A DNA stretch of 64,000 bases, taken from assembly GCA_045567915.1 (NCBI GenBank), contig JBJLCA010000039.1, positions 1,879-65,878 of the forward strand. The letters are read 5' to 3'. The stretch comes from Candidatus Poseidoniales archaeon. Lineage in GTDB: Archaea > Thermoplasmatota > Poseidoniia > MGIII > CG-Epi1. Every line of letters begins with the position of its first letter. Position 1 is the stretch's first letter. Made by a program: the position numbers and the translations under genes. Positions 58,340-64,000 of the stretch are shown here, one piece after another. The notes below the pieces were generated by a model that was given only the letters and a program-made list of their open reading frames with translations, had not been told where the DNA came from and ran no database searches.

Positions 58340-60721
58340 TTACTCTTTATTTCGGATGCGATTTCCAACGATTAGCATAACAGATGCAATTGGCATAAGA
58401 AGTGTTGAAAACTCAGGTATTGCTGTTGCAGTAGTAACATCATCAGCACCATTTCCTCCATTAGGATTGTTCACTGTAATCCATTGATTCCCGAAAGCAT
58501 CAGCTCCTACATCCGTTGAAATTGCAGAAAATAAGTCACCTGAAACATAAGTAAAACCAAAATCGGCCTTGTCACATGCTATTTCGACACCACTAAATCC
58601 AACCTGGCCCCCGTCGTTAACTCTAACGTGTGATGATCCAGCAAAATTACTAGGCGTCCATGCAGTGTCTACAGAGCTCCATTCTGTCACATACCCCCAG
58701 TTAGCAGAGCCAACTCTTTTTGTGTGACATACAGCTTCATATGTCTGCCCAGTGTTACTAACATCGTCTATTAAAACACCAAAAGTAGCAGTTGATAAAT
58801 CTGCGTTAGCTTCTGTTCCAATTTGGAAAAATAAGTGGTCAGAATCTACGGCCCATTTTACTGTCAAAATTTCTAAATCTGAATCGACTCCATCATCTCC
58901 GTCATTTACTAAAGTGTTCCAGGTGGACGGCCAAGTGAATGAACTTTTAGCCCCATCTTCACCTTCAGTAGGCAGGGTAACTTTGTTGTAAATTTCAGCT
59001 TCAACTTCATCTACTTTATTACTCCATGATTTTATGTAAATGTAATAATTACCAGTAGCTCCGAATATTTCAATTTCCTTGTCATTGTTTGCAGATTCTG
59101 TATCTATTCCTTCGTCCCAAGCTGGAGTTTCTAAGAAGGGAAGCCAAGACTTCATCACACTTGAATCAATAATGCCATAATTTCCTACAATTTCTATCAT
59201 TTTTTCAGCACCAATTCCACCAACAATAAAACCAGTTTCAGCGTTATAGTCGGTATCTATCATGACAAAAATGTGGTCTTTATTTGACAATATTGGTTTA
59301 TTAAATTTGATTTCTTCAAGTCCGCCTTCCAATGTAACGTCAAATCCGCCTTCATTTCCTTTACTCTGGGCTGAATTTGATGTAAATGAGGTTCCATTTA
59401 GTATATTTCCTTCAGTGTTGATGTAATAGAATGTTTCGTCAGTTTTATCAGTAAAATTAGCAAACCTAAGTATGTCTATGTTATCTTCAATATTATTGTC
59501 GTTAGAATCTGCTTTATACTGGTCTACCGAGTTCCAGTCATTGAATTCACCATCAATAGTAATTCCATCTAAATCACCTTTACGGTAAGAATTTGAAACA
59601 TCTCTTCTAGACTTTACGTTTTCATTGTAATCGTACTCATTTCTAGATAAATCAATAACATTGGTTTTATCCATATTTCCTGATGAATCTGAAGCCGTAA
59701 TTAGATATCTCAATCCTTCGCCGGCATTAATTCCGACATCGAAATTTGCTATTTGAAGTTCAAGGGCAGTTGATATTCCCTTGGCGCTTGTTGAATTTGC
59801 TTCAATATTTGTTAAGCTAAAGAATCCATTCCAATCGCTATTGTCTCTGGAATCATCAAAGCTGTACAGCATTGCAGACGAAATAGTACCTGTACTCTCA
59901 CCATAGATTTCTACCATGTGATCTGCACCCAGTCCAGGGTAGAAATATCCACTATTTTGGTTATTGTCGCTGTCAATAAGAATTCTAACTGTAGTTCCAT
60001 CCGAAGATGTGAACATAGGTTCTTTAGTTTTCACCAAAAATGAGGTGTATACATTATCAATTGTAATTCCAGTTTCTATTATGTCAATGTTACCATTAAT
60101 TGAATCATCAGTTCCATCAAGTACAGTTTCGGTACCTGCCCAATCTTCAAAGCTGCCATCAATACTAACAGTTCCCTTTGATTCACCATCTTCCAGCATG
60201 TAATAAATACAACCGCCGCCGATTAGTAATGATAAAAATATAGCAACAGCAGAAGTTCTTGCAATATTACTTGCTCCCTCTAGTTCTATGTGAGAGTATC
60301 CTCCTAAGCCTCCCTTACTCTGTAACCCACTTCCATTAATTAATCCATTACCGTTAGTTAATCCGTTACCATTAGTTAATCCGTTACCGTTAGTTAATCC
60401 ATTACCATTAGTTAGTCCGTTACCGTTAGTTAATCCATTACCATTGGTTAATCCATTACCATTGGTTAATCCGTTTCCGTTGGTTAATCCATTACCGTTA
60501 GTTAGTCCGTTACCGTTAGTTAGTCCGTTACCGTTAGTTAACCCATTACCATTGGTTAATCCGTTTCCGTTGGTTAATCCATTACCGTTAGTTAATCCAT
60601 TACCGTTAGTTAATCCGTTTCCGTTAGTTAGTCCGTTACCGTTAGTTAATCCGTTACCGTTTGTCAATCCTTTACCATGCTTCAGATTTTCGTCTTTATT
60701 TACGATTTTCTTGTCGGACAT
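58340..60721 (-). CDS. large surface protein: N-terminal (GLTNGN)n hexapeptide repeat, TM/signal-anchor, ~600-aa S/T/N/D-rich ectodomain, C-terminal PEF-CTERM sorting signal
   Basis: ATG at 60721. Residues 18-~135 are GLTNGN repeats. Hydrophobic IARTSAVAIFLSLLIGGGCIYYML follows. Ectodomain has many N-x-S/T sequons. C-terminus ...TATAIPEFSTLLMPIASVMLIVGNRIRNKE has PEF, a TM and a basic tail. Confidence 0.6.
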   Translation of the reverse strand: MSDKKIVNKDENLKHGKGLTNGNGLTNGNGLTNGNGLTNGNGLTNGNGLTNGNGLTNGNGLTNGNGLTNGNGLTNGNGLTNGNGLTNGNGLTNGNGLTNGNGLTNGNGLTNGNGLTNGNGLTNGNGLINGSGLQSKGGLGGYSHIELEGASNIARTSAVAIFLSLLIGGGCIYYMLEDGESKGTVSIDGSFEDWAGTETVLDGTDDSINGNIDIIETGITIDNVYTSFLVKTKEPMFTSSDGTTVRILIDSDNNQNSGYFYPGLGADHMVEIYGESTGTISSAMLYSFDDSRDNSDWNGFFSLTNIEANSTSAKGISTALELQIANFDVGINAGEGLRYLITASDSSGNMDKTNVIDLSRNEYDYNENVKSRRDVSNSYRKGDLDGITIDGEFNDWNSVDQYKADSNDNNIEDNIDILRFANFTDKTDETFYYINTEGNILNGTSFTSNSAQSKGNEGGFDVTLEGGLEEIKFNKPILSNKDHIFVMIDTDYNAETGFIVGGIGAEKMIEIVGNYGIIDSSVMKSWLPFLETPAWDEGIDTESANNDKEIEIFGATGNYYIYIKSWSNKVDEVEAEIYNKVTLPTEGEDGAKSSFTWPSTWNTLVNDGDDGVDSDLEILTVKWAVDSDHLFFQIGTEANADLSTATFGVLIDDVSNTGQTYEAVCHTKRVGSANWGYVTEWSSVDTAWTPSNFAGSSHVRVNDGGQVGFSGVEIACDKADFGFTYVSGDLFSAISTDVGADAFGNQWITVNNPNGGNGADDVTTATAIPEFSTLLMPIASVMLIVGNRIRNKE
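60333..60670. repeat. about 19 tandem copies of an 18-bp unit (coding-strand consensus ggtaacggattaactaac), in-frame within the CDS above
   Basis: Visible directly on the + strand as repeated gttagttaatccgttacc with synonymous variants (att/gtt, aat/agt/aac, ccg/cca). Confidence 0.85.
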
Positions 60722-60770
60722 GCTTTCCTTTCGTAGGTAGACCTTATTTAAAATTAACCTTTGTTTTATA

Positions 60771-60847
60771 TGGCGGGCACGGAGGGATTTGAACCCCCGA
60801 CCTGCTGCTTAGGAGGCAGCCGCCATTCCTGGCTAGGCCACGTGCCC
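60771..60847 (-). tRNA. tRNA-Arg (anticodon CCT)
   Basis: Reverse complement GGGCACGTGGCCTAGCCAGGAATGGCGGCTGCCTCCTAAGCAGCAGGTCGGGGGTTCAAATCCCTCCGTGCCCGCCA. Anticodon loop CTCCTAA. CCA encoded. Confidence 0.85.
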
Positions 60848-60853
60848 TAAAAG

Positions 60854-61237
60854 TTATGTTTTATTTGGATATTTTTCTTTTTTCATAGTCTCGTCAACTT
60901 TTTTCTCTTCATAAAATTTGCCGAGTGTAGGTGATTCCACTTGTTTCAATTTACCAATCATCTTAGAGCTTTCTAGCATTTGAGGTATAGGTCTATCCTT
61001 CAACATTTCTAAATGTTTAGGTTTTATTTCATTATCAATATAGTTATTTCTATCTATGTCAGGAAGATTAATTTTTTCTACTAAATTGCTAGGGAATTTA
61101 CCTAGCTCAAAGGCTTCAATATTTGTTAATACTTTTCCATCTTTGACTGATGTAATACTTTTTTCATCAGGTAAAGGGTCATTGTCTATGGCACTTTTTT
61201 TTATAAATTTATTCGCTTTATGTTTGTTAAATTCCAT
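60854..61237 (-). CDS. hypothetical Lys-rich protein
   Basis: 127-aa ORF with no recognisable motif. Lies between tRNA-Arg and meaB. Confidence 0.35.
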   Translation of the reverse strand: MEFNKHKANKFIKKSAIDNDPLPDEKSITSVKDGKVLTNIEAFELGKFPSNLVEKINLPDIDRNNYIDNEIKPKHLEMLKDRPIPQMLESSKMIGKLKQVESPTLGKFYEEKKVDETMKKEKYPNKT

Positions 61238-61265
61238 ATTACCTATTCCGTATGAGATGCTAATG

Positions 61266-62192
61266 CTATTCCTTTATTATGTTATCTACTGCAGTAAACG
61301 GATCTATTTTTCGGTTTAAAACATCGTTTGATGTTTTTGCTATTTCATCATCCCCAATTTCGATAATCTTCTTAGTAAATAATTTTTGACTAATTTGATT
61401 TTCTAGTTCATACTTTAATTTTTCTAGTCTTTTTGCTAAAAATTTCTCTTTACCTAAATATTCTTGATGTTTTTCTATATTTTGCCACAATTCATCTATT
61501 CCCTCGCCTGATGTTGCAGTAGTTGGCACAATTGGTGCTTTCCATCCTTTCTGCTCGCCAAGTGACAGCATCATTTGTAATTCTCTTGCTAGTCTATCAG
61601 AGCCAGGTCTATCACTTTTGTTGACCACAAGAACATCTCCAATTTCTAATATTCCTGCCTTTTGAGCTTGTACTTCATCACCCAATCCAGGTACTTCTAC
61701 AACAATAGTAGTATCAGAGATTTTTACAATTTCAACATCTCCTTGTCCGGCTCCGACAGTTTCAACGAGAGTAAAATCATTTCCAAGGAGTTCAACAGCG
61801 TTAATCAACAACCTTGTAGTTGCAGCTAGGCCACCTAAATGCCCTCGACTTGCAACAGATCGAATAAAAATCCCAGACGTCTGGGCACCTGACATTCTAA
61901 GCCTATCGCCCAATACTGCGCCGCCTGAAAACGGGCTAGTTGGGTCTACAGCTAAAATCCCTACACTTTTCCCTTTTTTTGCCAAAAATTTAGCTAAAGA
62001 ATCAACAATTGTTGATTTTCCGGCACCAGGTGGACCTGTTATTCCTATAATGTAAGATTTACCTGTATTTATCCAAATTTTTTTGAGGATATATTCAGCT
62101 ATTGGATCTTCATTCTCAATTAATGTTATCAATCTAGCAACTGCACGGGTATCTGCTTTCTTTAATTTTTCTAAAAGTCGCTTTTTATTCAA
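61266..62192 (-). CDS. meaB: methylmalonyl-CoA mutase-associated GTPase MeaB (ArgK family)
   Basis: P-loop [18 protein letters not shown]-motifs include [11 protein letters not shown] start overlaps the stop of the upstream B12-subunit gene. Confidence 0.8.
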   Translation of the reverse strand: MNKKRLLEKLKKADTRAVARLITLIENEDPIAEYILKKIWINTGKSYIIGITGPPGAGKSTIVDSLAKFLAKKGKSVGILAVDPTSPFSGGAVLGDRLRMSGAQTSGIFIRSVASRGHLGGLAATTRLLINAVELLGNDFTLVETVGAGQGDVEIVKISDTTIVVEVPGLGDEVQAQKAGILEIGDVLVVNKSDRPGSDRLARELQMMLSLGEQKGWKAPIVPTTATSGEGIDELWQNIEKHQEYLGKEKFLAKRLEKLKYELENQISQKLFTKKIIEIGDDEIAKTSNDVLNRKIDPFTAVDNIIKE

Positions 62193-62586
62193 TATTTTTT
62201 CCGTCGATATACTTTATTATATCTTTTGTGGATGAACCAGGGCCAAATATTGCTTCAATACCCATATCATTCCATTTTGGTATCTCTTCATCAGGAATTA
62301 TGCCTCCAGCAATAATTTTAATGTCTTCAGCGTCTCTTTCCTTTAATAAGTCAATAACTCTTGGGAAAATGTGCGTGTGCGCACCCGAGAGTATACTCAG
62401 CCCAATGAAGTGTACGTCTTCTTGAATAGCAGCTTCTACAATATCTTCAGGTGTTTGCCTTAAGCCAGTGTAGATTACTTCCATGCCTGAATCTCTTAGT
62501 GCCCTTGCAATCACTTTAGCGCCGCGATCATGCCCATCCAGGCCAGGTTTTGCAATTAAAACTCGAATCTTTCCTTTTGAGGCCAT
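62185..62586 (-). CDS. methylmalonyl-CoA mutase B12-binding (small/C-terminal) subunit
   Basis: [22 protein letters not shown] contains the DxHxxG cobalamin-binding motif on a Rossmann-like B12-binding fold. 133 aa. Confidence 0.8.
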   Translation of the reverse strand: MASKGKIRVLIAKPGLDGHDRGAKVIARALRDSGMEVIYTGLRQTPEDIVEAAIQEDVHFIGLSILSGAHTHIFPRVIDLLKERDAEDIKIIAGGIIPDEEIPKWNDMGIEAIFGPGSSTKDIIKYIDGKNIE

Positions 62587-62617
62587 ATTTCATTCCACAT
62601 ATACATCTATATAACTA

Positions 62618-63232
62618 TTAACTTTTCTTACCTTTGACCCCTAATTCAGCACTTCTTTTTTTGGTCTTCTTAAATTCATTTTTTAAATCAGCTAATTTGT
62701 CCTTTACATCTTTGCTTTTTGAAGGTTGGTTTTCAGTTACAGCCATAATTGCCTTCGGAGAAACATTCTCTTTTTCAAAAGTTTCGCTTTCTTTAGCTAT
62801 AGCAATCATTTCTTTACTGTCATTTTCATCTTCCTGCTCCTCTCTATCCCATTCTTCTTCATTAATTTGAACCTCGCTTTTTAACTCTGTAGAATTTCTA
62901 ACACCAATAAAAAATGAACCCCAAATTAGTGCAGCTACTATTGCTAAAATTATGGGTTCAGCTATTCCAATTTTAAGAGATGGTCCTAAAGATAGTGATA
63001 AGATTAGATAGAGACTGAATACTAAACCGAGACTACACCCACCTCCCACAGTTATGATAAATGTTGAATGCCAATCTTTAGGTAATTCATTTGCTCCAGA
63101 TCTCCCAGCTAAAAATGGGATTATTATTAGTGAAAGAGGTACCCCTATGGGTAAAAAAAATAAAAATATTAATCCAAAGCCCATTGTTTTGACAGCAGAG
63201 TTTCGGGCTGAGTAGTAGTTTTCTAGAGTCAT
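62618..63232 (-). CDS. hypothetical membrane protein with acidic then K-rich C-terminal tail
   Basis: ~4 TM helices, then EEEWDREEQEDEND... and KKTKKRS. Start reassigned to the ATG at 63232 because the upstream part of the track ORF is tRNA-Phe read in a protein frame. Confidence 0.4.
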   Translation of the reverse strand: MTLENYYSARNSAVKTMGFGLIFLFFLPIGVPLSLIIIPFLAGRSGANELPKDWHSTFIITVGGGCSLGLVFSLYLILSLSLGPSLKIGIAEPIILAIVAALIWGSFFIGVRNSTELKSEVQINEEEWDREEQEDENDSKEMIAIAKESETFEKENVSPKAIMAVTENQPSKSKDVKDKLADLKNEFKKTKKRSAELGVKGKKS

Positions 63233-63246
63233 ATGGCGAATCAGGT

Positions 63247-63322
63247 TGGTGCCGCCGGCCGGGATCGAACCGGCGACCTCGGGATCTTCAGTCCCGCGCT
63301 CTCCCAACTGAGCTACAGCGGC
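63247..63322 (-). tRNA. tRNA-Phe (anticodon GAA)
   Basis: Reverse complement GCCGCTGTAGCTCAGTTGGGAGAGCGCGGGACTGAAGATCCCGAGGTCGCCGGTTCGATCCCGGCCGGCGGCACCA. Anticodon loop CTGAAGA. CCA encoded. Confidence 0.85.
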
Positions 63323-63521
63323 TGAGTGTTTCATTAAGAGCCCCCATAAATGCTTCACCGTAGTAGAATAAGCTTTTATTCACCCTCTTTACACTATACA
63401 TGTGGTGATAAGTTTTGCCTAAATTTACCGGAAAAGAATCTGCATTTGAAGGAAACTGCTATTTTTGTGAGAAAGTTCTAGTTGTTCCGACAGGGCCCGG
63501 TTGGAATTCCACTAGGATTAT

Positions 63522-63992
63522 TTGTCGGGACTGTTCAAAGAGCCAAGAAGAGAAAAAATGATGAAGAGAGATTGCCCACATTGTTTTGAACGTCTTGAAA
63601 AAAAGAGTTTTAAGAAAGGATTATGGTCAGTTGAAACAGATGTATGCTCCTCTTGTAACGGTTTGTACCTCGACAAGGGTGAATTGCTTAAGCTGACCTC
63701 AAACAGACCTTTACACAACATAACTACAAAATATTTAGGTGTTGATTCAGATTCAAGTTTACTTTGTCCAGGCTGTGGATCTATAATGGACATGGAATCA
63801 GTTGGTGGTGTTGAAATTGACGTTTGTCTCCAGTGCAATGGAGTATGGTTAGATTCCGATGAGTTAGAGCAATTAAAAGAGTTGGATTCAGATGATATAG
63901 AAAAGTTGTCTCCTGAAAAGTTGGCTGAATTATACGATGCTAACAAGGCAGTTCCAACCTCAGGAATATTAAGCTGGTTATTCGGGAGATAG
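63522..63992 (+). CDS. tandem zinc-ribbon protein (two zf-TFIIB-like C4 modules)
   Basis: Two copies of CPxC-x(n)-CxxC-NG-[LV]-[YW]-LD-x-[GD]-EL-x-L. These are CPHCFERL...CSSCNGLYLDKGELLKL and CPGCGSIMD...CLQCNGVWLDSDELEQL. The true start may be the ATG at 63555. Confidence 0.55.
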   Translation: MSGLFKEPRREKMMKRDCPHCFERLEKKSFKKGLWSVETDVCSSCNGLYLDKGELLKLTSNRPLHNITTKYLGVDSDSSLLCPGCGSIMDMESVGGVEIDVCLQCNGVWLDSDELEQLKELDSDDIEKLSPEKLAELYDANKAVPTSGILSWLFGR

Positions 63993-64000
63993 TTTGCATA

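Noticed and set aside
60333-60670. Possible CRISPR array
   Set aside because: The repeats are contiguous with no spacers and are 18 bp, not 24-48 bp. They sit in-frame inside a CDS. This is a coding tandem repeat.
60444-60740. 98-aa + strand ORF MVNPLPLVNPFPLVNPLPLV...
   Set aside because: It is the opposite-strand reading of the 18-bp tandem repeat inside the minus-strand surface-protein gene. Its periodicity is an artefact of the repeat.
63233-63358. N-terminal 42 residues of track ORF 62618..63358 (MKHLWGLLMKHSAAVAQLGERGTEDPEVAGSIPAGG...)
   Set aside because: This segment is tRNA-Phe (63247..63322) translated in a protein frame (AQLGER and GSIPAG are typical tRNA-derived peptides). The CDS start was moved to the ATG at 63232.
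1-64000. Defence islands, CRISPR-Cas, restriction-modification, toxin-antitoxin, integrases, transposases, rRNA genes
   Set aside because: I scanned both strands. There are no CRISPR-like spaced repeats, no recombinase or transposase motifs next to the four tRNAs, no Cas or R-M signatures, and no rRNA-like stretches. The window is core chromosome plus metabolic and envelope genes.

Overview
This 64 kb window is an AT-rich chromosomal segment from an archaeon. Its gene content fits a Marine Group II (Poseidoniales)-like or Thermoplasmata-like euryarchaeote. That taxonomic call is inference, based on archaeal ribosomal and RNA polymerase genes, an A1Ao ATP synthase operon, class-I LysRS, PAN, a CDC48 homologue, Spt4, aMBF1, TrmB and GfcR-like regulators, and CDP-archaeol synthase. 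Almost all of the window is densely packed core genes: ribosomal proteins P1, S8e, S13, S4, S11, L40e, S24e and S27ae, RNA polymerase subunits D and E', Spt4, SRP19, four tRNAs, the complete atpHIKECFABD operon, a membrane pyrophosphatase, PAN and CDC48. Around these sit metabolic genes: a bacterial or eukaryotic-type fatty-acid beta-oxidation cluster next to a divergently oriented TrmB regulator, acetoacetyl-CoA synthetase, a eukaryote-like formiminotransferase-cyclodeaminase, P5C dehydrogenase, and MeaB with the methylmalonyl-CoA mutase B12 subunit. There are also several large secreted or surface proteins, including a kexin-like S8 protease with thrombospondin-3 repeats and an MMPL transporter. 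No CRISPR array, integrase or recognisable defence island is visible. The most unusual locus is a 793-aa surface protein (58340..60721, minus strand). Its N-terminus is encoded by about 19 tandem 18-bp repeats giving (GLTNGN)n, and its C-terminus carries a PEF-CTERM archaeosortase-type sorting signal. Other points worth follow-up are a frameshift that splits a large envelope protein (30156..32670), a SAP-motif coiled-coil protein next to the P1 gene, Na+-type signatures in the ATPase c subunit, two small ORFs at the ATPase operon end that the ORF track does not list (the S27ae gene and a coupled 49-aa membrane ORF), and frequent overlapping or TTG/GTG starts. Coordinates that I derived myself (tRNAs, re-called starts, small ORFs) may be off by 1-2 nt.
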